Shown piece by piece: positions 47,129-56,558 of a stretch of 64,000 nucleotides of DNA; position 1 is the first letter of the stretch; every line of letters begins with the position of its first letter. The notes under the pieces are model-generated. The model ran no database searches, was not told the DNA's origin, and saw only the letters and a list, made by a program, of their open reading frames with translations. Source of the DNA: an uncultured cyanobacterium (lineage in GTDB: Bacteria; Cyanobacteriota; Cyanobacteriia; PCC-9006; JAAUQQ01); contig OY970368.1 in NCBI GenBank assembly GCA_963718615.1, positions 5,600,001 to 5,664,000 on the forward strand, in the 5' to 3' direction. A program made the position numbers and the translations under genes.

Positions 47129-47725
47129 ATGATTGCCGCAAGAGAGAATTCCCCACGACTGACGCCTGAAGAATATTTTGCCTGGGAAGAAAAACAGCTA
47201 GAAAAACACGAATATATTGACGGTGAAATCTACGCCATGAGCGGTGGCAGCAAAAATCACAGTTTAATCTCCGTTAGGTTGATCACCTTGTTCTCCAATC
47301 ATCTAGAAGGAGGTAGCTGCGAAACTGGTAATTCGGATTTGAGAGTTAACCTTTTTCAAACCACGAATTATACCTATCCCGATGTCAGCGTAACTTGTGA
47401 CGAACGGGATAAAACTACGACGCAGTATATTACTTATCCCTGCTTAATCGTTGAAGTTTTGTCAGACAGTACAGAAGCTTACGATCGCGGTGGCAAGTTC
47501 AGAATGTATCAGAAAAATCCTATGCTACGGGATTATTTGTTGGTCAGCTCTACCAAAATCGAGATGGATTCATATCACAAGAAAGAGAATGGAGAATGGA
47601 TTATTCTCAATTATAAAGAAGGGGATATCATCGAACTCAAAAGTATTAATCTCAGCTTTCCCATTGAGCAAGTCTATCGCGGGCTTGTTCTAGTACCGGA
47701 GGGGGAAGCACTAGAATCTATCTAA
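47129..47725 (+). CDS. Uma2 family (PD-(D/E)XK) endonuclease-like protein
   Basis: EYIDGEIYAMSGGS..H, YPDVSVTCD, IVEVLSDSTEAYDRG.KF. Confidence 0.92.
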   Translation: MIAARENSPRLTPEEYFAWEEKQLEKHEYIDGEIYAMSGGSKNHSLISVRLITLFSNHLEGGSCETGNSDLRVNLFQTTNYTYPDVSVTCDERDKTTTQYITYPCLIVEVLSDSTEAYDRGGKFRMYQKNPMLRDYLLVSSTKIEMDSYHKKENGEWIILNYKEGDIIELKSINLSFPIEQVYRGLVLVPEGEALESI

Positions 47726-47732
47726 ATTCCAT

Positions 47733-48188
47733 TTAGTCCGCATACAGTTCTATCGCGGCATCAATGAAATTCTGCCAAGTCTCATTCGGCACCCAAATCT
47801 TCTCCAGTAATGACTTCGCCTCACTCGCTGCCATGCCGCGCTTCAGCCGATTGTAGAGATACATCATCGCCGAAACCCGCATATTCAGCGCACAGTGAAC
47901 CCAGATCGGTTGTTCTCCTGTTTCTTCTAGTATCGCAAACAACTGCTCCAAATCATCCAGCGTCGGATAATCCCAGACCACTGGAATCGCTATATATTCC
48001 ATCCCTAGCCCCGTTACGATCTCTGGCTCCTTGGGCAACCAATTCGTCGAGGTCGGCATGGCTAAGTTGACGACCCGCCCATAGCCCGCAGCCTGAATCG
48101 CCACAAACTGAGATTCTGTGGGTTGTCCCGATGTGGCTAGGGTGGGAGAAAGCGCCAAGTAATTGCAAATTTCTGTAACAGCGGTCAT
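47733..48188 (-). CDS. DUF442 / tyrosine-phosphatase-fold protein
   Basis: ATSGQP, VVNLA, YIAIPV, WVHCALNMRVSA (CX5R). Confidence 0.8.
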   Translation of the reverse strand: MTAVTEICNYLALSPTLATSGQPTESQFVAIQAAGYGRVVNLAMPTSTNWLPKEPEIVTGLGMEYIAIPVVWDYPTLDDLEQLFAILEETGEQPIWVHCALNMRVSAMMYLYNRLKRGMAASEAKSLLEKIWVPNETWQNFIDAAIELYAD

Positions 48189-48379
48189 CCTCGACGCTCC
48201 TTCTGGCTGCTAATGGGAGAAAAATCCCGAGAGCAACAACGGTACCAAGAGCAGGGCGGCGATCGCAAACATGAGGCTAAACGCATCCACATTGATGGGT
48301 TTGGGGGCTGGCATCAGGACCACCTCAGGCATAACGTTACTCCATTATCTCTCTTCCATGGGAATTCTGGAGCGTCTGA

Positions 48380-49204
48380 CTAGGGTCGTGATGTTGGGGG
48401 TGGAGTTAGGGGGGGCGGGTTGCGACGCAGATCCTCCGGCGAGAGGCTCGTCATGTTAAAGGATTGCCATTGGGGCGTCACCCACTTAAACCGACCAATC
48501 GCAATATCGCCATTGGTTTTGAATTCCTGCCAAGCCACATGCTCGTCGAGCCAATAGTCTCCAGCCATACTGAGAAGATAGCGGGCGTTTAAGCGATCGT
48601 CGGGGCGTTTGGGGTCATCGGTCACCAGCCGAGCCTCAACCGTGGTGAAAACCCCTTTAATGTCTTGGGGATTGATAGAAGCTCGTCCGGTTGCGGACCA
48701 GAAGTGAAAGTTATAACCCGGTGAGGTTTTGACTGAAATGCCGCCATCTTGTTCTGGGCGGATCTGGGCCGGCTTGCTGACATTTCCCGCAAAGTCTTCC
48801 CGGAATGCTTGGCCTTGAACGCTGTTGGAGTCCTGGATCAGGTGCCACTGATTATCTTTTTTGCTGAGCACGTAGGCCCGCATGTTGCGAATTTGCACCC
48901 GCGTATTGGTTGCGGGGTTGCCTTTGGCATCTTCATAGAGCTGACCTGCCGCGATCATCGCCCGAAATTGTTTAGGGTTGTTACCCATGCCGATGCGGGG
49001 CTGTTTGACCCAATCATAGGAATCCGGAACACCGCGTGGACGGCCCTGGTGGGGGCGGGTCATATCGTCGATGACGGTATTGACGGAGTTAGCCGCTGTT
49101 CGAGAATTGAATCCCCAGACCAAACTTCCACCCACCGCGAGGCTAAGGGCGATCGCCAAAGCCGTTGGGGCGTAAAATCTGGGGCGAGCGGTTGGGCGAG
49201 ACAT
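48380..49204 (-). CDS. Exported/membrane-anchored hypothetical protein
   Basis: N-terminal hydrophobic segment; globular domain with GVP..YDW, NTRVQIR, HFW and GDYW motifs. ATG 49204 preferred. Confidence 0.7.
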   Translation of the reverse strand: MSRPTARPRFYAPTALAIALSLAVGGSLVWGFNSRTAANSVNTVIDDMTRPHQGRPRGVPDSYDWVKQPRIGMGNNPKQFRAMIAAGQLYEDAKGNPATNTRVQIRNMRAYVLSKKDNQWHLIQDSNSVQGQAFREDFAGNVSKPAQIRPEQDGGISVKTSPGYNFHFWSATGRASINPQDIKGVFTTVEARLVTDDPKRPDDRLNARYLLSMAGDYWLDEHVAWQEFKTNGDIAIGRFKWVTPQWQSFNMTSLSPEDLRRNPPPLTPPPTSRP

Positions 49205-49486
49205 GGTGTTTCTGGCCTCTTTCTGGCCGCAAGGGTCAACAATTAGCAATAGCATTTCCATCCTATCGATCTTCCCTTGGGTTGGGATGAATAAAATTTC
49301 AGGTTTAGACAGAGTTAATTCTTTAACCCCCTTGCTTGAAGAATGGTTAAAGATACAGTGACATCAGTCCAGTTTTTAAGATTCAAGAGACTGTGGAAAA
49401 TGGGACAGAGCGATCCATTGCCGGTCAAGCTGTTGCCGGATGATGGGGAGCGGGGTCGCCAAGCTGTATTGCAGGGGAGTGTCGAG

Positions 49487-51922
49487 ATGACCAACAAGCA
49501 GGCTATTCTTCGGTTTGACGGAACCCTGGAGCAAGGGTTTAAAGTCACGCTGGTAATCCAAGAACCGCTGGTGGGCATCGTGACTGAGGCCGAGGGGGCA
49601 TTACCGGCGAATGAGCGGCTGCGGCGAACCCTGGAGAACTGGCAGCAGTCCTATCGTCAGTGCTTGGACAATAGCCGTATTAGTCTGGAGCGCATCGCCG
49701 TGGAGTCCTCGCCTCAGGTTCATCAGACCGCCTGCCGAGACCTGGGTTATCAATTGCGCCAACAGCTTCAGCAGTGGCTTGACGCGCCGACGTTTCGGTT
49801 TATTGATCAGCGGCTGCGGGAGCATTTAAACATACGGGATTCAGGGCAGATTTTGCTGCGGACGGAGGATGTGCGGCTCCATCGATTACCCTGGCACACC
49901 TGGGATTTCGTTGAGCGTTACCCCTTGATGGAATGGGTTGTTGGCACACCGCCCCAGCGTTTGTCTTCGCCTCGGCGGGTGGACGATCGGGTGAGGATTT
50001 TGGCGATTTTGGGCGATCGCCGCAATATCGATACCGAAGTGGATCAACAAATCCTCAGCGCCTTGCCCCAGGCAGACGTGACCTTTTTGGTGGAGCCCTC
50101 CCGTCAAGCCGTGGACGATCGCCTCTGGGAGCAACCCTGGGATATTTTGTTTTTTGCAGGACACAGCCATTCTCTGGCTCAAACGGCTGCGACCGCTCGT
50201 CAAACCGGACGATTGAGTTTGAATGAGCAGGAGGTGTTGAGTATTGAGGAAGTTCGCTATGGTCTGAGGCGGGCGATCGCCCAGGGTCTTCAGTTGGCCA
50301 TTGTCAATTCCTGTGACGGGCTAGGGATTGCCTACGATTTGGAACCGCTCCATTTGCCCCACCTGATTGTCATGCGGGAGCCCGTACCCGATGAGGTTGC
50401 CCAGGCCTTTTTGAAATATTTTCTCGCTGCCTTTGCCCGAGGCGAATCCTTAACGCTGGCGCTGCGGGAAGCACGGGAGCGGTTGCAGATTTTAGAACAT
50501 CGGTTTCCCTGGGCTACGTGGTTGCCGGTGTTGTTTCAAAACCCAGCGGTTGAACCGATGACTTGGAGCCTAGTACAGGGCTTGGTGGCAGAATCGGGCT
50601 TGGAGGTGGTAGGCGATCGCCCGCCCCCGCGCCGCCGCTGGACCCAAGCCCTGGGTTCGACGCTAGGGCTCGGTCTAGCAATAGGCTTGTCTGTTATGAC
50701 AGGTCGGACCTTAGGACTGTTGCAGCCTGCGGAGCTAGCACATTTCGATCACTGGGTGCGGCTACAACCCTCTGAACCTGAGGACGATCGCATTGTGGTT
50801 GTAGAGGTCACTAAAGCGGATATTCAGGCCAAGTCTGAAGCAGAACGGCAGGGGCGATCGCTCTCGGACTCAACCCTCAACCAACTGCTCGAAACCCTTG
50901 ATGCCCTCAATCCACGACTCATTGGCCTAGACTTGTATCGTGAACAACCGACGACGTTGCAACCCTTAATTAATCAATTTGCCCACAACGAAAAGCTCTT
51001 TGCCGTCTGCAAAGGGGTAGACCCAGATCAAGGCGTTGAAGGCATTCCTAAGCCTCCGGCCTTACCTGAGGAGCGGCTGGGGTTTAGTGATGTACGGAGC
51101 GATCCACCGGATAAAATTGTTCGTATACAACTGTTGTCCGCTGTGACCTCCCCTGGCTCTGATTGCCTGATGGATTACTCCCTAAGTGCTGTGTTGGCCT
51201 ACCACGCCCTCCAGGCCGAGGGGCAAGAACTGAAATTTGAAGACGACGGGAATCTCTGGCAATGGGGCGATGTGCAACTGCGACGGATGGGGGCTTCGGC
51301 TTGGGGAGATGCGACCTATGTTGACTACGGTCCCTACGCTGGAATCAATGCCCAGGGGCATCAAATTCTACTGAATTATCGTACGCATCAATCGCCCCAA
51401 AGCCCCAAGAGCCCGATTCAGGCGTTTCAGTCTGTCACCGTTGCTCAAGTGTTGGATGGGCAACTGAGCCGCCGCGATCTTCAAGACAAAATTGTTTTGA
51501 TCGGCGTGACCGCAGCCAGTTCGCCAGATCACTGGGCAACGCCCTATCGCACCGTCGAAGGGCATCCCTTGAAGATTCCAGGTGTGTATCTTCAAGCACA
51601 GATGACTAGTCAGATCCTCAGCGCCGTGCTCGACCGTCGTCCTCTTCGCTGGTGCTGGCCTAGCTGGCTGGATGGTGTTTGGGTTTGGCTGGGGGTCTCC
51701 GGGGCGCTTTGGGTTTTGCAAAGGGGGCAAAATTTGGGGCGATCGCTCGGGGTGATTGTGGGGGGCGGAGTTCTCCTTTATGCTATTGCCTGGGGGGCTT
51801 TTACCTGGATAGGACTTTATTTACCTATCTTGCCCTTAGGTTTAGCGATCGCCATCGGCACGATGGTTTGGGGCAGCTTCAAAATCCAGCGTTATAAACC
51901 GAATGGGAGTATTTCAGGATGA
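49487..51922 (+). CDS. CHAT (caspase-HetF) protease + CHASE2 sensor with C-terminal TMs
   Basis: LPW..W, FFAGHS (His), NSCDG (Cys), IVMREPVPD; CHASE2 DDRIVVV, IGLDLYR, GFSD, KIVLIG, PGVYLQAQ; TM tail. Confidence 0.88.
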   Translation: MTNKQAILRFDGTLEQGFKVTLVIQEPLVGIVTEAEGALPANERLRRTLENWQQSYRQCLDNSRISLERIAVESSPQVHQTACRDLGYQLRQQLQQWLDAPTFRFIDQRLREHLNIRDSGQILLRTEDVRLHRLPWHTWDFVERYPLMEWVVGTPPQRLSSPRRVDDRVRILAILGDRRNIDTEVDQQILSALPQADVTFLVEPSRQAVDDRLWEQPWDILFFAGHSHSLAQTAATARQTGRLSLNEQEVLSIEEVRYGLRRAIAQGLQLAIVNSCDGLGIAYDLEPLHLPHLIVMREPVPDEVAQAFLKYFLAAFARGESLTLALREARERLQILEHRFPWATWLPVLFQNPAVEPMTWSLVQGLVAESGLEVVGDRPPPRRRWTQALGSTLGLGLAIGLSVMTGRTLGLLQPAELAHFDHWVRLQPSEPEDDRIVVVEVTKADIQAKSEAERQGRSLSDSTLNQLLETLDALNPRLIGLDLYREQPTTLQPLINQFAHNEKLFAVCKGVDPDQGVEGIPKPPALPEERLGFSDVRSDPPDKIVRIQLLSAVTSPGSDCLMDYSLSAVLAYHALQAEGQELKFEDDGNLWQWGDVQLRRMGASAWGDATYVDYGPYAGINAQGHQILLNYRTHQSPQSPKSPIQAFQSVTVAQVLDGQLSRRDLQDKIVLIGVTAASSPDHWATPYRTVEGHPLKIPGVYLQAQMTSQILSAVLDRRPLRWCWPSWLDGVWVWLGVSGALWVLQRGQNLGRSLGVIVGGGVLLYAIAWGAFTWIGLYLPILPLGLAIAIGTMVWGSFKIQRYKPNGSISG

Positions 51923-52821
51923 ATATCACAATGGGCTCAATCTTACCGAAAGTGTATCTTTTCCAAGGTCGTGAACCACGACGTCTGGCTTCAATCAGTT
52001 TAGGATTAATGCTTTGTTTAGAAGTCGGTAGCGCCCAGCCTGGAAGGGCTCAATCCCCAACTCGATTGATTACAGGTAACTCCGATTCTCCGATGGCCAC
52101 GGCTGCTGCTCAGAAACAACAGCAAAAACAACAGCAAAAACAGCGCCAAAAACAGCGTCCAAAGCCACCGAGCAAAGGACGATTTGTCACGGCAGGTGGC
52201 GCGGCTAGTCGGGGGTGTGGGGATGCGATGATGGGCCTCCAGCCGACGGAGCTGTTAGAGAATGGTCGACGCACAACCGGAGGCTTTACGACCGCTGCAA
52301 GGCCAACGCTATTTGCCTATATTCCCTATAAGGCGCAAATGGTAAAATCGCTCAAGTTTCAAATTCAAGATGAAAGCGATCAGGTCCATTATCAAACCCA
52401 ACTTGCGATTCCGCAAAGGCCAGGATTGATTGAAATTAGGATGCCCCAATCCGCTCCTCCGCTGGATGTGGGTGTTCAATATCGCTGGTTTTTAGAAGCT
52501 GAACTCAATTGTCAAGAACCATCGATAGCCGTTTTGCCGTTTCAGCAAATTAAAGGCTGGATTGAACGCTATCAACCGGATGAAACCTTATCCCAAGGGC
52601 TAGCCGCGAATCCTCTTAACCAGGCTCAGGTTTATGGTGAATATGGAATTTGGTTTGATGCGGCAGCGGAATTGATGGCTCTGTGGAAGGCTCAACCGGG
52701 TAATGCTCAACTGAGTCAATCTTGGTCAGATTTACTAGCGCTTTACGGCTTACAATCCTGGGCTCAAGTGCCGTTAGTCGACTGTTGTCAGGCCGTGGCT
52801 GAGTCGGCTGGTCTTCCTTAA
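51919..52821 (+). CDS. DUF928 family secreted protein
   Basis: GAASRGC, T...RPTLFAYIPY, YRW, GWIER, YG.YGIWFDA; ATGA overlap with the CHASE2 gene. Confidence 0.85.
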   Translation: MNITMGSILPKVYLFQGREPRRLASISLGLMLCLEVGSAQPGRAQSPTRLITGNSDSPMATAAAQKQQQKQQQKQRQKQRPKPPSKGRFVTAGGAASRGCGDAMMGLQPTELLENGRRTTGGFTTAARPTLFAYIPYKAQMVKSLKFQIQDESDQVHYQTQLAIPQRPGLIEIRMPQSAPPLDVGVQYRWFLEAELNCQEPSIAVLPFQQIKGWIERYQPDETLSQGLAANPLNQAQVYGEYGIWFDAAAELMALWKAQPGNAQLSQSWSDLLALYGLQSWAQVPLVDCCQAVAESAGLP

Positions 52822-52873
52822 ACCCTGTCTATGTAGACTGAACTGACGTCCTCATTCTCAAGGATCCTTCTTT

Positions 52874-52904
52874 AAGCCAGTGCATTCTTTGCATTGGCTT
52901 TTTT
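52874..52904 (+). terminator. Rho-independent terminator after DUF928
   Basis: AAGCCAGTGCA-ttctt-TGCATTGGCTT hairpin followed by a T run. Confidence 0.7.
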
Positions 52905-53054
52905 GGGGACAAAATCAATAATGTTTTCTGTGGGAGCTGACAGGCATGTGAATAAAAACGATCGCTCTAGATGAATAAGTCATGAGTAGCTCTTCTGAGA
53001 CCTAGCGATCGCCCCTTATTCAAATGTTCCTCTCTATAGCCCCAAGCTACAACA

Positions 53055-54488
53055 ATGAATAATCTTTTGAGTCAGGTGGAACAGTACTGGCAAATGGTTG
53101 TGCTGAATTCCAAAGGTCAGGTCAATCTGATTATGCTGCCCATGGCAAGAGATTTTATTCAATCCCTCTGTTTTTCGCAATCGATGGCTGAAGTTGATCT
53201 AGATCGATGGCTTCAAGATCAATTGCTAATTTTAATTCAAAATAGCTTAGCTGAGCAAACGCCACAAAAGAAGGCTTTAGCAGAGCTTTGTCTGCGCTGT
53301 CGAATTTCCCATCAGATTCGTCGAGTTTGTACGCACCTCATTCGTCGATTTGATCTCGCTAACCGCGTTGAAGTCTGCGAACTTTATCGCTTTGTCCTCG
53401 ATGATCGAGGAGAACTCCATGCAACCTATAGATCCACTGCACAGAAGATTCTAAAGAAATATGGGCCTGGTGTCGGTATGGGATTGCTGGCTTGGACTAA
53501 TTTACTCATTCAAAGAAATAAAGAAATTAATCATTTCTTGATTGAACAAGGCATTTATCGAATTAGCGACTGGGCAATTTTGAATGATACAAGTCTAGGA
53601 CACCTTGAACAAATTCTGCATCGTTTCTACGGTCAATCTCAGGCTGAAATCGAAGACGCAAAAATCCTCTTAAGTCGCTATCATGTGGTTTATCGCTCCC
53701 TGCGATTGCAACGCCTAACGGTACCGCGTAAAACGACTCTATGCCCACCCCCCACGATTTCGCAGCTTCAACAAATTGATCCGACCCTAACACCGAATGG
53801 CGTCTTAATGCAGTTGCGATCGCTGGCCACCCAGGTCCGTCAGTATCGCATTGCCGCTCGGGGAGGTCCCATGCCTCAAAGAGTGATAGAAATCTGCACC
53901 ATTGAGCAGCATTTAGAACAAGAAGCTGGAGAGAGTGACACAGAACAGCAACAGTTTTTAGAAGCTTTTCGAGCGAGATTTGAACAGGCGTTGGATAGGG
54001 CGATCGCCCAAACCCTAGAGGCTTGGGTTCAGCGCTTAGGACAACGGCATCCGACCAAGGCTTTGTTGTTTATGCAAGTCTTAACGCTGTTTTATGGAGA
54101 GGGGCTATCGATGGCGGCGATCGCGACGCAGCTACCGTCGCTAAAATCACCATCGAACGTCAGTCGTCTGCTGAACCTTAAATCCTTGAGACTGGAGATC
54201 AGTCAGGTTTGGTTGGTGCAGATGCAGGCTGGCCTAAAACAGCTAGCGGCCCCCTATCTGATACTGGAGAGGCGACCCGACATGACACCGGAGGCTCGGG
54301 CCGCAGTGGAGGAACAACTGGATAAATTTCTGGTGCAATTGATCCAAGGGGAAGTGGAGCGCGATCGCGCCGATCTCTCCAATCCTCGACGGGGTGTCCG
54401 GGGGCAAATTTCCCAGGAAACTCTGTTGGCGGTTCGGATGCGTCATGCTCTGGGGATGAGACAGTCTACGGTCTTTAGGTTTGGTTGA
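53055..54488 (+). CDS. Cyanobacterial sigma-factor-like / HTH protein of the family found with CHAT-CHASE2 loci
   Basis: AELCLRCRISHQI, VLDD.G, ISDWAILNDT, LCPPPT..QL; C-terminal region-4-like LFYGEGLSMAAIA...VSRLL. Confidence 0.6.
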   Translation: MNNLLSQVEQYWQMVVLNSKGQVNLIMLPMARDFIQSLCFSQSMAEVDLDRWLQDQLLILIQNSLAEQTPQKKALAELCLRCRISHQIRRVCTHLIRRFDLANRVEVCELYRFVLDDRGELHATYRSTAQKILKKYGPGVGMGLLAWTNLLIQRNKEINHFLIEQGIYRISDWAILNDTSLGHLEQILHRFYGQSQAEIEDAKILLSRYHVVYRSLRLQRLTVPRKTTLCPPPTISQLQQIDPTLTPNGVLMQLRSLATQVRQYRIAARGGPMPQRVIEICTIEQHLEQEAGESDTEQQQFLEAFRARFEQALDRAIAQTLEAWVQRLGQRHPTKALLFMQVLTLFYGEGLSMAAIATQLPSLKSPSNVSRLLNLKSLRLEISQVWLVQMQAGLKQLAAPYLILERRPDMTPEARAAVEEQLDKFLVQLIQGEVERDRADLSNPRRGVRGQISQETLLAVRMRHALGMRQSTVFRFG

Positions 54489-54569
54489 AGGGAGGGCTGA
54501 GCGACAAGTTGAATCTGATGCGCAAAGTTGTGCTGCCAATGATGTTATGCAAACTCAATGGCGATGTGA

Positions 54570-55529
54570 CTAATCACCCGCAACAAACGCCGTCATTTTC
54601 CAGTTTCCTGCATCATCCTTGTTGAATATTGCTCGATATCCAATCGGCGAAAAAGCATAACGACTCGAAATAAATCCCTTGCGCCCATCGGGCAAGCTCA
54701 CGTATTGCCATCCCTCATTGGTTGTTGAAAGGTCATACCAATCCTGAATGGCATTGGCCTCTGCTGCTGACAGTTTTTCTGGGTTGTAAGTGAGTCCTTG
54801 GGCATGAAGCACAGCATTTGAAACCCGTGTGATGAGTTTGCCCTTTAAGCTCGGTGTTTCTCGTACTGCGACATCCGTTCCGACGACCACAATGTCCCTA
54901 AAGGCATCGACTTCAGGATTCTTCGCAGGGGCCAAAAAGGTGACTGGACAAGCCCAGTAGGAACCGGAGGGAATTGAGTCCAATGCACAACCGGGATTGA
55001 GCGCACGCTCTAGCTTGCGCCAAACAATTGCCTCTGTATTCTTAATGTCTAGATCATCTAACATAATCGGACGCCCAAAGGTGAGGTTGATATTAGGGTC
55101 GGCGATCTGTCGTAAAAATGCGGCATCGCGATCGCGCACGGCCCGACGCAGCCGCTCTAAAACGGGATAAAAATCTGTTCCCGGTACCGCTTCATTTCTG
55201 AGGATTAGCGTTTGAGGTGAATAGGATTCCGCCCGTTGCTGCTGATCTTTGCGAGCCAGTTGCAAAAATACTTCCGGTGCTTTGACCGTTGATCTTTCGG
55301 GGCGCTGGGTTGAAGTTGCACGCTCTGGGACAGCTCGGGGTATGGCAGGTGCTGAGCGAGGCGTTGGAGGGGTTTGGGTAATGGGTGTGGCCAGTGTGTG
55401 GGCCGGTGGAATAGGTTCAAGATTGAGAGACTGGGGCGCTGGACCGAGCGCTGCAACCCCGGCACCCATAGCTGTGGCAGCCACGCCAAAGATAATTGCC
55501 AGGGCGGCAGATTGGGATGAAAATTTCAT
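54570..55529 (-). CDS. Secreted protein with C-terminal SH3-like domain
   Basis: Signal peptide, Pro-rich linker, VAVRETPS...W..V...GFISSRY..SPIGYRAIF....W.M.AFVAGD. Confidence 0.7.
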   Translation of the reverse strand: MKFSSQSAALAIIFGVAATAMGAGVAALGPAPQSLNLEPIPPAHTLATPITQTPPTPRSAPAIPRAVPERATSTQRPERSTVKAPEVFLQLARKDQQQRAESYSPQTLILRNEAVPGTDFYPVLERLRRAVRDRDAAFLRQIADPNINLTFGRPIMLDDLDIKNTEAIVWRKLERALNPGCALDSIPSGSYWACPVTFLAPAKNPEVDAFRDIVVVGTDVAVRETPSLKGKLITRVSNAVLHAQGLTYNPEKLSAAEANAIQDWYDLSTTNEGWQYVSLPDGRKGFISSRYAFSPIGYRAIFNKDDAGNWKMTAFVAGD

Positions 55530-55825
55530 GCGAATTGTTCTTCTACACCAAATGACTGAATGCCTAAAAAATTAGTTTATTTTCCTAGGACTTTCTTCTA
55601 TACTAACAACTCCTCTTTCAGCAGGTGCTGGGTTACGATTTTTGAAACTGCTTTAATCAGCTATTTGAGTCTAGCTGTCGAACAAACTGAATGGAGAGCC
55701 CTACAATCAGTAGAACTTGTGTAGCGATTGCCCCAAGAATCATCTCTATCGGTGCTTCACTGCCGCCAGCGTCCAACAGCAGCACTGGCCAAGGTAAGGG
55801 CGAGAAGAGGGAACTGACCTTCCCC

Positions 55826-56050
55826 ATGCATACCGAGCTAGTTCTGACGGCATTGAAAGCAGCCTTAGGCCAGCGTCAAGCATCGCCTCAGGGATTGATG
55901 TTTCATTCTGACCGAGGCAGTCAATATGCAAGTGCAGACTTTTAACTTGCTTTGCAGAAGGCAGAGATTCAAGCCAGCATGAGTCGTCGGGCTAATTGCT
56001 GGGATAACGCAGTGGTGGAGAGTTTCTTTGGTACGATTAAGAAGGATTTT
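55826..56050 (+). pseudogene. IS3-family transposase fragment with an in-frame stop
   Basis: LVLTALKAA...LMFHSDRGSQYAS.DF*(TAA 55943-45)LALQ...[21 protein letters not shown]. Confidence 0.85.
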
Positions 56051-56558
56051 CTTTGTACAATCTTAACGCTTCTTCTAGGAATCGATCCTCTTTGTTGGCT
56101 GCATACTCGTGAATATAATTGGAGATGCTTTGGCTAACGGGTCACGCACTATATAAATGAGTTTTACGTTAGGAATAACTTGATAAATACGTTGAGCCGC
56201 ATTGGGGAACTTTGTTACATTGCTATAGGATGGGGGGAAGCATTACTCCGTATTCGAATCGCACAAGGAAAGTGTGAGCGATACCAATCTATGCCTTTCT
56301 CCCAATTATGATCGACGCTAAAGAAGTTGATCTCTTTTCTTCAAGTAACAAAAATTTCGGGGTGCCGGGAGAGATAGGGCGATAGACTGGATGTACCAGA
56401 TTTCCTCGCTCCAATAACCAGAAAGTTGGGAAGATAGTGATGAGTTTCTATTGTAAGGTTATATACAATATACGGACTTCATGAATCTAGGCTTAATCTT
56501 GTTCTGATGTCATTGGATTCTCTGAAAACTTCAAGATCTCTAGAAGATCTCTAGCTGC

